A stretch of 64,000 bases of DNA from Candidatus Sericytochromatia bacterium. Its GTDB lineage: Bacteria; Cyanobacteriota; Sericytochromatia; UBA7694. The notes beneath the pieces are model-generated. The model was not told the origin of the DNA. It saw only the letters and a list, made by a program, of their open reading frames with translations, and ran no database searches. Of the stretch, positions 18,703 to 28,258 are shown one piece after another. Every line of letters starts with the position of its first letter. Position 1 is the first letter of the stretch. The stretch spans positions 210,753 to 274,752 of the forward strand of contig JADMKE010000003.1 of NCBI GenBank assembly GCA_018780035.1, read 5' to 3'. The translations under genes and the position numbers were made by a program.

Positions 18703-19614
18703 ATGGGAAACATCACAAACAATTATTCAGAGCTGACCCAACTCCACCGCAGTGGAGCGCTCTTTCAACCTGTCAAAAACCTGCAGGCCCTGCCTGAAGA
18801 CAATCTCAAGGCCCTGAATGAAGCCAAAGCAGCCACCCAAAAAGTGCTGTCGAGTGGTGTGGCAGGTAGCGATGCCCAAGATGCCCTGGGCACTGTGGCC
18901 AAAATTGAACAGATCAGCCGCTTGAGCAAAGGGGATGTCAACGCGGCCAATCTCAAGGCTGCTGTGGATCTGGGCGAACAACTGACCCGTGGCCAAGTAC
19001 AACAGGTTTTGGGCAATGTCAGTGCGCCGCTTGGAGCCGTGGTTTCTGTTCAGTCCTTTGGCAGCAACCTGGATAAAAGCCTCGATAACCCCAATCCCGA
19101 AAACCTCAAAGGTCTGATCAACAGCACCAAGGGTGCCACCACCAGTGTGGGTACCTTGAGCAAATTGCTGGCTGAACATGTGGGCCAAGCTGGAACTGTT
19201 TTGACCCGTGGCAGCCAGGCCCTGAGTCATGTGGGTTCCGTTTTAAATATTGGCGTTGCCGCCATGGATGTTGCCATTGCCGGAAAAGACATTCACAATT
19301 TCTGGGTCGATCCCAATTTAAAGAGCTTTACCAAAATGGGTCTGGGACTCGTGGCTGCCAGTGCCTCCGTGATTGTGGCGGCCAAAGTGCCCGGTCTGGG
19401 CACCCAAGCAGTGGTGGTCGCCGCCTTGGCTGACGCCGGCAAAATGGGCGTGGATGTCAATTGGAAAGCGGTTTACAACGGCGTGAGCACAACGGTCACC
19501 ACCACTGCCCAAAGCCAAATGCAACAATACAAACGCGAAGTGCTGGAGTCCCGCTTGCCCGCTGGGGGCGACCCCACTTACCGCCGCATGGTTGTACTTT
19601 CGCCCTTAAACTAA
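18703..19614 (+). CDS. Hypothetical protein with helical N-terminal region and C-terminal hydrophobic hairpin
   Basis: 303 aa. Two adjacent hydrophobic segments (MGLGLVAASASVIVAAKVPGLGTQAVVVAALADAG) sit near residues 210-245. Confidence 0.5.
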   Translation: MGNITNNYSELTQLHRSGALFQPVKNLQALPEDNLKALNEAKAATQKVLSSGVAGSDAQDALGTVAKIEQISRLSKGDVNAANLKAAVDLGEQLTRGQVQQVLGNVSAPLGAVVSVQSFGSNLDKSLDNPNPENLKGLINSTKGATTSVGTLSKLLAEHVGQAGTVLTRGSQALSHVGSVLNIGVAAMDVAIAGKDIHNFWVDPNLKSFTKMGLGLVAASASVIVAAKVPGLGTQAVVVAALADAGKMGVDVNWKAVYNGVSTTVTTTAQSQMQQYKREVLESRLPAGGDPTYRRMVVLSPLN

Positions 19615-19634
19615 TTCTTTAACTAAAACGCAAA

Positions 19635-20978
19635 CTAAAACGCTTCGATCCGCATCTGCAGGCCGAATTTGGGCCGCAGGGTGATCAGCGGTTCTGGCTC
19701 CACCGGATGGCCCGGCACCAATCGAAAGCGCCATTTCTGAGCCAAAGTGGCAATCAACAGCATTCCTTCCATCCAGGCAAAGGCCTCGCCAATACAATTG
19801 CGCGGCCCTCCCCCAAAAGGGAAATAGGCAAATTTGGGCAATTGCTGGCGCAGATCGTCGTTCCAGCGTTCGGGTAAGAAACGCTCAGGGTCGCTAAACC
19901 AACGCGGGCTGCGGTGCACGATCTGTTGGCTGATCAGCACCACACAATTTGCGGGCAGGGTGTATGCGCCGATGGCATAGTCATTTAAGACGCGGCGGCC
20001 GAGAATCCAGGCCGGCGGATAGAGACGCATGACCTCGGTCATGATCTGGCGGGTATAAACCAAATGGGGCAGGTCATCAACCGTGGGTGGGCGATCGCCC
20101 AACACAGCTTGGAGTTCGCGCTGCAAAAGGGCCTCCACCCTGGGATGCTCCGAGAGCAGGTACCAGGTCCAGGCCAGGGCATTGGCGGTGGTCTCATGCC
20201 CTGCCATAAACAGCGTCAGGGCCTCGTGGCGGATTTGCAGATCCGACATGCCTTGGCCGTCACCCTCGGTGTCGCGGGCTTCAAGCAAAGTTCCGATCAG
20301 ATCATGGCGGGTGCTTTTGCCACTGCGGTGATCGGCAATGATGCCATCGATGGTGCTGTCCAAAAGGGTTTTGGCGGCCAAAAAACGCTGGCGGGTGGGG
20401 TTGGGGATATTGAGCTTGCGGGCCAGCAGAGCCAGGGGATTGCCCATCAGATTGATCATGTCGAGCACGGTGTGCATGGCTGCGCCGACCTCGGTGGCCT
20501 CCCCTTCGACATCGGCATCAAAGAGGGTCTGGCCGACAATTGCCAAGGTCAATTGCATCATGGTCTGCGCCATGTCCAGCACCTGACCCGCTTGCAGGCG
20601 CTCGCGCAGACGGCTCCCTTGCTCGACCATGGTCTCGCCATAGGCCCGAATCATCTGGCGGTGAAAAAGCGGTTGGATTATTCGGCGTTGGCGGGCATGA
20701 AACTCGCCTTCGCTGGTGAGCAGCCCTTCTCCCAACATGTCTTTGGCCAATTCCAGCAGGCGGCCTTTTTTAAATTGGCGGTGATCGACGGTCAAAATCT
20801 GTTTGATCAGGGCCGGGTCTGTCACCAGGCAAATGGGCTGTGTGCCCATATAATAATAGACCAGGTCTCCGTATTCGGCTGCCAGCGAGGAAAACAATTC
20901 AAGTCGGTTCCTGCGAAAGCGCTGCAGCGTCCGGGCCGATTCCCAAGCGGGTGGCCCAGGGGGACGCATGGTTTTCAT
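19635..20978 (-). CDS. Cytochrome P450
   Basis: Heme-binding loop FGGGPRNCIGEAFA, I-helix AGHETT and the ExxR motif are all present. Confidence 0.9.
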   Translation of the reverse strand: MKTMRPPGPPAWESARTLQRFRRNRLELFSSLAAEYGDLVYYYMGTQPICLVTDPALIKQILTVDHRQFKKGRLLELAKDMLGEGLLTSEGEFHARQRRIIQPLFHRQMIRAYGETMVEQGSRLRERLQAGQVLDMAQTMMQLTLAIVGQTLFDADVEGEATEVGAAMHTVLDMINLMGNPLALLARKLNIPNPTRQRFLAAKTLLDSTIDGIIADHRSGKSTRHDLIGTLLEARDTEGDGQGMSDLQIRHEALTLFMAGHETTANALAWTWYLLSEHPRVEALLQRELQAVLGDRPPTVDDLPHLVYTRQIMTEVMRLYPPAWILGRRVLNDYAIGAYTLPANCVVLISQQIVHRSPRWFSDPERFLPERWNDDLRQQLPKFAYFPFGGGPRNCIGEAFAWMEGMLLIATLAQKWRFRLVPGHPVEPEPLITLRPKFGLQMRIEAF

Positions 20979-21001
20979 GGGCGGGTTCTTTCAGGTTCTA
21001 A

Positions 21002-21472
21002 TTATTTAACCACGGGAAAGCCCACGGCCTGCCAAGCGAGAATGCCGCCGCGCACTTCGTAGACATTTTTAAAGCCCAGTGCGCGCATGATTTCCAGGGC
21101 CTGGCCGCTGCGATTGCCACTGCGGCAATACAAAATCGTGGGCTGGTGGCGGTTCATGTCTTCGAGTTTGGTTTTAAAATCCGGATCATAAAAATTCATC
21201 AAGGTGGCATTTTTGAGGTGGCCCTGGGCAAATTCATCGGGGGTACGCACATCCAGCACCAGCCATTGGGATTGGGGATCCATGACCCAATCATGGGCCT
21301 CTTGGGGAGAAATGGTGACCACGGCCTGGGGTTTAAAATTGGTCTGAGAACGTTGGGCCTGCAAAACGGCAGGCATGCGGATGGCTGAAGGCATCGACAT
21401 GGGTTGAGTTGCACAGGCAGTCAGGGCCAGAGTGGCCATTGCTGCAGAAAGGGTTTTGGCTAAAAGTGACAT
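21002..21472 (-). CDS. Periplasmic rhodanese-domain sulfurtransferase
   Basis: Signal peptide. Rhodanese active-site loop CRSGNRS. Confidence 0.82.
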   Translation of the reverse strand: MSLLAKTLSAAMATLALTACATQPMSMPSAIRMPAVLQAQRSQTNFKPQAVVTISPQEAHDWVMDPQSQWLVLDVRTPDEFAQGHLKNATLMNFYDPDFKTKLEDMNRHQPTILYCRSGNRSGQALEIMRALGFKNVYEVRGGILAWQAVGFPVVK

Positions 21473-21548
21473 GGGAACCTCGGATTAACTTGAATTTAAT
21501 ATAATTTTAACATTTAATCCGGTTTCTTGTAAAGGGTCCTCAAACTGT

Positions 21549-22163
21549 TTAGCCGCGCAATTGGGTGATCAGCGCATCCAGCTCAGCCTGGGTCTCTGCC
21601 TGGCAGAGGTGGCGGCGCAGGCCTTTGCTTTCGCTTTCGTCATCGGGGCCTTCGGGACCATTATTGCCGCCAGCGTAGATCAGCAATGTTGCGGATTCTT
21701 TGCGCCGCAGCCGCAGGTATTCTGGCGCTGGGCCAGACCAGCCTCTGCCGACCTCACTCTGGCAGGCCAAATCGGGGGCATTCAGGCGCTTTAGCCAGCT
21801 GTGATAGGTCTTTTCGTCCAGGGTTTTGCGGGCCTGGACATAGGTTGAGGGGTCGATCATCTTCTGGTAATGGTATTCGGCTTGAATCTGGCGCATTTCG
21901 TGGTCAAAGCGCAAAAAGAGTGAAAAAGCGGTCTGGTACTGCGGCGGCAATTCTGCCATCGCGGGGGGCATCAGGCTGTCGAAGATCGGGGGTAAAAAGC
22001 CGTATTTGGCCAAAAAATCTTGGCGATCCATGCGCTGAAAATACTCCAAACTCTCCAGATTTTCATGGGCCTGATCGGGTTTTAAGGCGCAGCCGGGAAG
22101 TGGGAGCAAAAGGCAAAGGAAAACAAAGCCCTTCAAGAGGGGGGAGCTAAGATGTTTTTTCAT
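21549..22163 (-). CDS. Hypothetical lipoprotein
   Basis: Signal peptide with lipobox (LPGC). The 4-nt overlap with the upstream gene (22160/22163) suggests an operon. Confidence 0.5.
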   Translation of the reverse strand: MKKHLSSPLLKGFVFLCLLLPLPGCALKPDQAHENLESLEYFQRMDRQDFLAKYGFLPPIFDSLMPPAMAELPPQYQTAFSLFLRFDHEMRQIQAEYHYQKMIDPSTYVQARKTLDEKTYHSWLKRLNAPDLACQSEVGRGWSGPAPEYLRLRRKESATLLIYAGGNNGPEGPDDESESKGLRRHLCQAETQAELDALITQLRG

Positions 22164-22906
22164 GGCTGATCTCGCAAAGCTTCAAAGTTGGGGGCCGGAT
22201 TTAAAGTCGGCAAAAAGGTCTCACGTGTGCCCGTGTGGGCCAAGAGCCAGAGCGGCAGGGTTGCGATCATGGCCCCTTCGCCATTGAGGGCGTAGAGTTT
22301 TTCTTGAAAGCGGTTCCAAACGGGCATGGCCAGGGTTTCTGTCCCTTGTGTGCGCAGGGAGTCGAGCAGGGTTTCTGCCGCCATTTGGCAGGCAAAGACC
22401 TGGCTGCCTTGGTCGGGGCCGCGGCGCCAGGTGAAATAGCCATAGGCCCTGCAAATCGCGGGTCTGACCGGATAAATGGTGCACATGCCTGCGACCAAAA
22501 ACGGGCATTGTGAGCAGCCAAAGGGCGGCAGGGGCAAGTCGGTCTTGGGCGCAGCAATCCTTGCCTGCTCTTGTAAAAACAGTTCCAATTGCGGGCGGTG
22601 CAGTGCCTCGTTTTGGGAGATGACCTGGGCGCGCAGACCCTCGGGCATGGTTTTAGCCATATAACCGTGAATATGTCGCCACTCCAAAGCGGTCACACGC
22701 GGCAAACCACTGTCGATACAGCATTGGCTGCAGCCAGCTTTGCAGGGAATGGCCGGGTATTCGTTTTCGACCAAAAAGACCAAAAATTCGATCAGGTAAT
22801 ACAGATCTTTGACATCATCACTTTCGCCGACATTGGTCGCGGCCTGTAAGAGGTTCCAGGTTTGTGAGATATTAATCTGTAGATTGGTGGTTGAATGCGA
22901 TGTCAC
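22160..22906 (-). CDS. YkgJ/UPF0153-family putative Fe-S/zinc-chelating protein (CxxCxxCC)
   Basis: The motif CKAGCSQCC is followed by additional Cys pairs (CSQCPF, CRAYGYF). Confidence 0.55.
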   Translation of the reverse strand: MTSHSTTNLQINISQTWNLLQAATNVGESDDVKDLYYLIEFLVFLVENEYPAIPCKAGCSQCCIDSGLPRVTALEWRHIHGYMAKTMPEGLRAQVISQNEALHRPQLELFLQEQARIAAPKTDLPLPPFGCSQCPFLVAGMCTIYPVRPAICRAYGYFTWRRGPDQGSQVFACQMAAETLLDSLRTQGTETLAMPVWNRFQEKLYALNGEGAMIATLPLWLLAHTGTRETFLPTLNPAPNFEALRDQP

Positions 22907-24290
22907 GGCGGCTTACCAGAGTTATTACGGCTAAAAAGAACCAGAACAAAAGTTGGATCGAGGGGCGGTAGAAGACCGTGTCCACCATGCCGTGGGCCAG
23001 CAGGCCGATCAGGCCAATCAGGCTGGCGGCCAAAAACAACCGAGCGGTATAGTCAATCTCCTGCACAATGCCCCAAACACAGCGGGCAGCGTGGCTGACC
23101 AGCATCCAGAGAAAGATGATAAAGCCGACCAGGCCCATTTCGACCCAGACCTCCAAAAAGACATTGTAGGTCGAGAGGGCTTGAAATCCGGTGACCATGT
23201 AATAGGTGTAGATCTTTTGAAAGACCTTATTGCCCATGCCAATGCCCGTCAGGCCGTATTCTTGAATGATCTTAAAGCTGCTCTGCCAGACATTGATGCG
23301 AAATTGATTGGAGGAATGATTGCCCCCACTGACCAGCGATTTGAGTCGCTCCAACAGGGCAGGGTTGTGAAGCACCATCCAGACCGCACCGGCCAAACCC
23401 AACAGCAGACCACCAATTAGCAGGCCTTTAAACAGAGCACTTTTGGCAAAGAGGTGCCAGAAAATGATCAGACAGGTCAAAAACGCCACGGCACTTCCCA
23501 CGACCAGGGCAATCCAGGCTCCCCGGCAATAGGTGAAATAGAGACAGGCCACTTGCAGGGGAAATGCCAAAAACAGCACCCATTTGCGCCAGCCCAAATT
23601 GCCGAAATAAAAGAAGACTGTCAGGGCCATCGGGGCCAAGAGATAGCCCCCGAGCAAATTGGGATTGCCCAAAAACGAATAGACGCGGGTCAATTTGTAT
23701 TCTGCAGTGGGATCGTCCCAAAGCGCCAGGGGCGGCACTTTGATCTGCCATTGGTAAAGCCCGTAGAGCGAGATCAGAATTGAAGAGAGAATGATCGCCC
23801 AGGCTGCCAAGCGCAAATGGGTCAAGGACTGCAAATTGGCGAGAAAACAGAAATAGGCGATCAGGTAGGTCAGGGTTTTGGCATAGCCGAGCAAAGAGAG
23901 CTTTAAAAACGGGGAGAACCCCGTCGAGACCAGTCCCCAGGCCACAAAGAGCAAGAGCAGGGCGCTGAGACTGCCCAAAGGCAATTCTTCCTCGCAGATC
24001 AAGAGGCGTACCAAAGTGAGCGCCCCCGCCAGAAACACCAATGCCCCGTTTAAACCGCTTTCGAGAAAGGGGGAGGCAAAGAGCAAAAAGAGGGTGGCAT
24101 AGAGGGCCATGCCGGGGATCCAGCGGGCCACCACACTGCCTTGGGCTGCGGGCATGAGTTTGCCGCGCACAAACAAGAGTGGGGCCAGCAAAAACAGCAC
24201 CAAGCGGCTCTGGCGCAGACCGTTCTGCAGCGAAGGTTCAATGGGATTGAGTCCGACCCATCCGGCCAGACGTTCAAGGGCCAAGAGCAT
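22872..24290 (-). CDS. O-antigen ligase-like polytopic membrane protein (Wzy_C-type)
   Basis: 472 aa with more than 10 TM segments and a large periplasmic loop, which is typical O-antigen ligase/polymerase topology. The start is uncertain because the ORF overlaps the neighbouring gene by 35 nt. Confidence 0.55.
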   Translation of the reverse strand: MLLALERLAGWVGLNPIEPSLQNGLRQSRLVLFLLAPLLFVRGKLMPAAQGSVVARWIPGMALYATLFLLFASPFLESGLNGALVFLAGALTLVRLLICEEELPLGSLSALLLLFVAWGLVSTGFSPFLKLSLLGYAKTLTYLIAYFCFLANLQSLTHLRLAAWAIILSSILISLYGLYQWQIKVPPLALWDDPTAEYKLTRVYSFLGNPNLLGGYLLAPMALTVFFYFGNLGWRKWVLFLAFPLQVACLYFTYCRGAWIALVVGSAVAFLTCLIIFWHLFAKSALFKGLLIGGLLLGLAGAVWMVLHNPALLERLKSLVSGGNHSSNQFRINVWQSSFKIIQEYGLTGIGMGNKVFQKIYTYYMVTGFQALSTYNVFLEVWVEMGLVGFIIFLWMLVSHAARCVWGIVQEIDYTARLFLAASLIGLIGLLAHGMVDTVFYRPSIQLLFWFFLAVITLVSRRDIAFNHQSTD

Positions 24291-24805
24291 CAGTTGCCCT
24301 GTTCATTCATTTTGACAAACATAATTGAGCCATTGAGCCGGTAGCCAAAGGCATCCAGTTCAACTGTATTGCCCACTTTGAGGTGATAACCGCCCATGAT
24401 CACGCCTTCGTCGGTGACTTCGGCCTGGTCTTTGAAGACCAGATCGACATCTTTGATCTCTGGCGCAGTGGGATCAGGCAAAGCCACCATTTGGTCTTTG
24501 GAATTGAGCAGGGGGATTTTGCGCTCACGCATCGTGGTTTTGATGACTTCAACCGGGGCATAGCGCTGGTTGCGGATCGTCAAAAAGGCCTTTTCACCCA
24601 CTTTAAAAATACTGGGGTCCAGCACGCGCACGCCGCGAATGGCAATTGTCACCTCGGCAGTGCCCCGGGCTTTGACCACTTTATTTAAAGGTGAGTTGCC
24701 CTTGGCCACCCAGCCGATGCCGGCCAACATGGCGACCAGAATAATCGCAAACGAAAAGTCGATAATATTGACTTTTCCAAAGAGTTTTCCTTGAGAATCA
24801 ATCAT
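24290..24805 (-). CDS. Membrane-anchored DUF4330-like protein
   Basis: N-terminal TM helix then a beta-rich domain. It overlaps the upstream kinase gene by 8 nt. Confidence 0.5.
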   Translation of the reverse strand: MIDSQGKLFGKVNIIDFSFAIILVAMLAGIGWVAKGNSPLNKVVKARGTAEVTIAIRGVRVLDPSIFKVGEKAFLTIRNQRYAPVEVIKTTMRERKIPLLNSKDQMVALPDPTAPEIKDVDLVFKDQAEVTDEGVIMGGYHLKVGNTVELDAFGYRLNGSIMFVKMNEQGN

Positions 24806-25820
24806 GGGGGGCCATTTCCTTCGGGTTAAATTGAAGCAGGGTCTCCCGCATCTCTGCGGGGGTGGTGGTACTTGAGCCCAGGCGGCGGATCACAATGCTG
24901 GCTGCAAGATTGGCCAATTGCATGGCTTCGGGCAGGGGAGATCCCGAGGCCATGGCGGTGGCCAAGGTGGCCACAACCGTATCTCCGGCGCCGGTGACAT
25001 CAAAAACTTCGGTTTTGTTGAGGGCGGGAACGTGGCTGATCGTGCCTGTACGTTCAAACAGGCTCATGCCTTCATCACCACAGGTGATCAAGACGGCTTC
25101 AGCGCCCGTCATTTCCAATAGGGTTTGACCTGCCGTGAGCAATTCTGAAGGGGTTTGAATTAAGGCCCCGAGATTGTTTTCGGCTTCGGGTTTGTTGGGC
25201 GTTAGCAGCGCTGCGCCGCGAAAGAGGCGCAGATCCTCTTGCGAATCGACTACCCAAGGTTTTGCATATTGCTGGCAAAAATGCCGTACCTGTTCAATGA
25301 TCTGGGGCACGACGACGCCATTGCCATAGTCGGAGATCACCACCAAATCTGCCTCGCTCACCACTTTTTCGAGGGTCTGACTCAAAGCCTCCAGGGTACT
25401 TGGGGCCAGGGGGGCTTGGGGCAATTGGTCGAGGCGCAGCACCTGCTGGGTGACCGATTGGCGACTGTGGGCCGAAATGCGGGTTTTGGTGGTGGTCGGT
25501 ACAATGGGGTCTACCAAAACGCCTTCGGTATCTATGCCGAGATGGGCCAATAAATTCACCAATTGGGGGCCCGAATGGTCTTGGCCGACCACGCCAACAG
25601 CCAGGGCTTTTGCGCCCAGGGTGGCCAGATTGGCCAAGGTATTGGCTGCGCCACCCGGTTTAAACGAACGGGCTTTTTGTTCGACAATCGGCACGGGGGC
25701 CTCGCGTGAGATGCGGCGCACCTCACCTTCGATATATTCGTCCAGAATCAGGTCCCCCACCACGGCAACGCGGGGAGATCTCAGACCATCAATTGCTTTG
25801 AGCAGTTCAGGAATTTTCAT
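24798..25820 (-). CDS. hldE: D-glycero-beta-D-manno-heptose-7-phosphate kinase (HldE/RfaE domain I, PfkB family)
   Basis: PfkB carbohydrate-kinase motifs are present (VGDLILDEY..., GGAANTLANL, DVTGAGDT). This is the kinase domain only, at 340 aa. Confidence 0.82.
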   Translation of the reverse strand: MKIPELLKAIDGLRSPRVAVVGDLILDEYIEGEVRRISREAPVPIVEQKARSFKPGGAANTLANLATLGAKALAVGVVGQDHSGPQLVNLLAHLGIDTEGVLVDPIVPTTTKTRISAHSRQSVTQQVLRLDQLPQAPLAPSTLEALSQTLEKVVSEADLVVISDYGNGVVVPQIIEQVRHFCQQYAKPWVVDSQEDLRLFRGAALLTPNKPEAENNLGALIQTPSELLTAGQTLLEMTGAEAVLITCGDEGMSLFERTGTISHVPALNKTEVFDVTGAGDTVVATLATAMASGSPLPEAMQLANLAASIVIRRLGSSTTTPAEMRETLLQFNPKEMAPHD

Positions 25821-25849
25821 AAAATTGATCCAAACATTACGTCCAAATA

Positions 25850-26410
25850 TTAGTCCAAATTTGGGATATGGGCGATTCCCAATTGTTTTTTCAACTCATC
25901 ATTATACTCTGCCACAAATCGTTCTGCCTGTGGCTGTTCCAGGATATGTGAAAATTCGTCGCCAATATTACCAGCCATCATTTCTCCTGTAATCGCCATG
26001 CCCGCGCCCAAGATAATCGCTGCCAATCCCACCCAAAACGAGCCATTAAATTTGATCACATTGCCCATCATCAGGCCCCCGGCCCCAGCCAGCCCCAATC
26101 CACCCAAAGCAACACCATTGCCAATCATTTGGCCGCGGTTAATTTCATCGAGGATCTCTGAATGGTTGACCATTTTGAGCAGGGTTAAGTCGTCGATCTT
26201 TTCATTGATGCCGCGCAGGATCAGCCAATAGCTCTGCATTTGTTTGATCCGCAGGCGCTGCAATTTGTATTTTTGGACCTGCAATTGCTCGTGATTGAGC
26301 TGTTGCACGTCACTGAAGGGAAAAGAGGGCTCAGCGTACATCGGCATGGCTGGGGTGAATACCAGACAACCGAGTAAAAATGTCAGGCTCAAACGTTTGA
26401 CTGTTTGCAT
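25850..26410 (-). CDS. Secreted/membrane protein with glycine-zipper segment
   Basis: Signal peptide. GxxxG-rich hydrophobic stretch GVALGGLGLAGAGGLMMG. Confidence 0.45.
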   Translation of the reverse strand: MQTVKRLSLTFLLGCLVFTPAMPMYAEPSFPFSDVQQLNHEQLQVQKYKLQRLRIKQMQSYWLILRGINEKIDDLTLLKMVNHSEILDEINRGQMIGNGVALGGLGLAGAGGLMMGNVIKFNGSFWVGLAAIILGAGMAITGEMMAGNIGDEFSHILEQPQAERFVAEYNDELKKQLGIAHIPNLD

Positions 26411-26413
26411 AAA

Positions 26414-27524
26414 CTACACCACCGCACCCATATTTTGCCGAAGCCAGGCCTCAATAAAACCATCAATTTCTCCATCCATCACCGCATTTAAATTGGAGGT
26501 TTCAAAATCTGTGCGGTGGTCTTTGACCATTTTATACGGATGAAAGACATAAGAGCGAATCTGGCTACCCATGCTGGCTGAAACCGGCCCACCTTTAATA
26601 TCTGCCAGTTTTTGCTGATGGGCCAGACGTTCGCGCTCATAGAGTTTTGCCTTGAGGATTTTCATGGCTGTGTCTTTGTTCATGAGCTGAGATCGTTCGT
26701 TTTGACAGGCCACAACAATCCCCGATGGCAAATGGGTGACGCGCACAGCCGTTTCTACTTTATTGACGTTCTGGCCACCGGCCCCACCTGAGCGAAACGT
26801 GTCGATTTTGAGATCGACTGGGTTAATTTCGACTTCGATTCGGTCGTCAATCACGGGCGTAATCTCAACTGAAGCAAATGAGGTTTGACGCTTGCCATTG
26901 GCATTAAACGGGGAGATTCTCACCAGACGGTGGGTGCCTTTTTCGGCATTGAGCAAACCATAGGCGTGGTTGCCCGTGGCCACAAAGGTGGCACTTTTGA
27001 TCCCCGCTTCATCGCCTTCGGTCCGGGAGATCAAATCCATTTTAAATTGGCGTTTTTCGCCCCAACGGGTATACATACGCAGGAGAATTTCTGCCCAATC
27101 CTGTGCGTCGGTACCGCCTTCGCCGGAAGTGATGGTGACAATGGCTGGGGATTGGTCGTAATCCCCACTCAACATGCGCTCAACTTCCCATTGACGCAAT
27201 TCATTGCCCAAACTTTCGAGTTGGGCGAAGAGATCTGGCAAAAGGGCGCTGTCATTTTCGGCCCGCGCCATTTCTAACAATTCTTGACTCTCTTGTAGGG
27301 TGCTCTCCCAGCGAACAATGCGGCCATATTCTGTTTGCAAGGCAGTGAGATCTTGGGAGCGGCGGGCGGCCTCTTCAGGATGGTCCCAAAAACCGGGCTG
27401 CTGGGTTTCTATTTCGAGGCTTTCGATTCGGGATTGTAATTCAGCGAGGTCAAAGCGACCTCCGGATGTCTTGATACTGCGCGCTTAACTGGCGCAGGGG
27501 CTCTTCAATCTCGTGAAATTCCAT
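26414..27524 (-). CDS. prfB: Peptide chain release factor 2, with programmed +1 ribosomal frameshift
   Basis: The SPF and GGQ motifs are present. The short frame-0 [27 protein letters not shown] ends in CTT TGA C and continues in the +1 frame into the 308-aa ORF. The +1 join is frame-consistent. Confidence 0.9.
27449..27463 (-). promoter_or_regulatory. prfB: RF2 autoregulatory +1 frameshift site (internal SD-like GGAGG, then CTT TGA C)
   Basis: The minus-strand sequence reads CC GGAGG TCG CTT TGA C. It has the canonical slippery CUU-UGA-C with an SD-like element 3 nt upstream. Confidence 0.85.
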
Positions 27525-27597
27525 GGCTTCCTCGTTCTAACAGACAGATTCTCAGGTCATGCTAACAGATGGGATCCGAGAATACAAGCAGTTGAGA

Positions 27598-28164
27598 TCA
27601 GTGTTTGAGCGGGGTAAGTCCCAAATCCAGGAGGCATTTTTGAAAAAGCGCTTCAGCGGAGATCTCAGGGCTGACCTCTAAGACAAGCTCTGGATTGAGG
27701 GGCCATTCTGGTTCAATATCTATTCCCACCACATTCTGAATTTCACCCGCAAGTCCGCGGCTGTAGAGTTGTTTGGGATTTCGCTGCAAGAGTACCTCAA
27801 ATGGGGGCTTTAAAACGATTTCGGCATACCCAGGCAAATGCTGCCGGTTCCAAGCTTGAACCTCGTGAAAGAGCGAGATCGTGGCGCAGACCACATTGAT
27901 CCCCTGAATGGCGAGCATATGACTAAGATGACTGTACCGCCAAGCCAAATCCAAGCGTTCAGTTCGGGAATAGCCAGTTTTGCCAAAGACTTCGCGTAAG
28001 ACATCCCCATCGAGGTAGACCACGGCTAGTCCTTGAGTGCGAACAAACTGAAAGAGCTGTCGTCCCAGGGTGCTTTTTCCCGAGCCGGCCAACCCAGTAA
28101 TCCAATACACAGTGGGAATTTCTGAGCGCGGTTCGGGACGCTGAAACGCTGATGAAAAGGGCAT
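27598..28164 (-). CDS. cysC: Adenylylsulfate (APS) kinase
   Basis: P-loop GLAGSGKST and overall APS-kinase length and pattern. There is no adjacent ATP sulfurylase. Confidence 0.88.
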   Translation of the reverse strand: MPFSSAFQRPEPRSEIPTVYWITGLAGSGKSTLGRQLFQFVRTQGLAVVYLDGDVLREVFGKTGYSRTERLDLAWRYSHLSHMLAIQGINVVCATISLFHEVQAWNRQHLPGYAEIVLKPPFEVLLQRNPKQLYSRGLAGEIQNVVGIDIEPEWPLNPELVLEVSPEISAEALFQKCLLDLGLTPLKH

Positions 28165-28258
28165 AATGATCTGAAGTATCCCAATTGAATCAATAATACA
28201 TACATGATATGATACCCCGAAATGCGTTTTTTGATAACTTCGATTTACATTAGGTTCA

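Noticed and set aside
20064-21062. 332-aa ORF on the plus strand
   Set aside because: It lies entirely antisense to the cytochrome P450 gene, which has unambiguous heme-loop and I-helix motifs. It is a shadow ORF, typical of GC-rich antisense frames.
27300-27488. 62-aa plus-strand ORF overlapping the prfB frameshift region
   Set aside because: It is antisense to the RF2 5' segment. The region is fully explained by the prfB frame-0/+1 architecture.
28165-28258. Looked for an integrase, tRNA or direct repeats bounding the AT-rich island
   Set aside because: None is visible. The island boundary at cysC is a plain divergent intergenic region, so I cannot call a mobile element, only a compositional anomaly.
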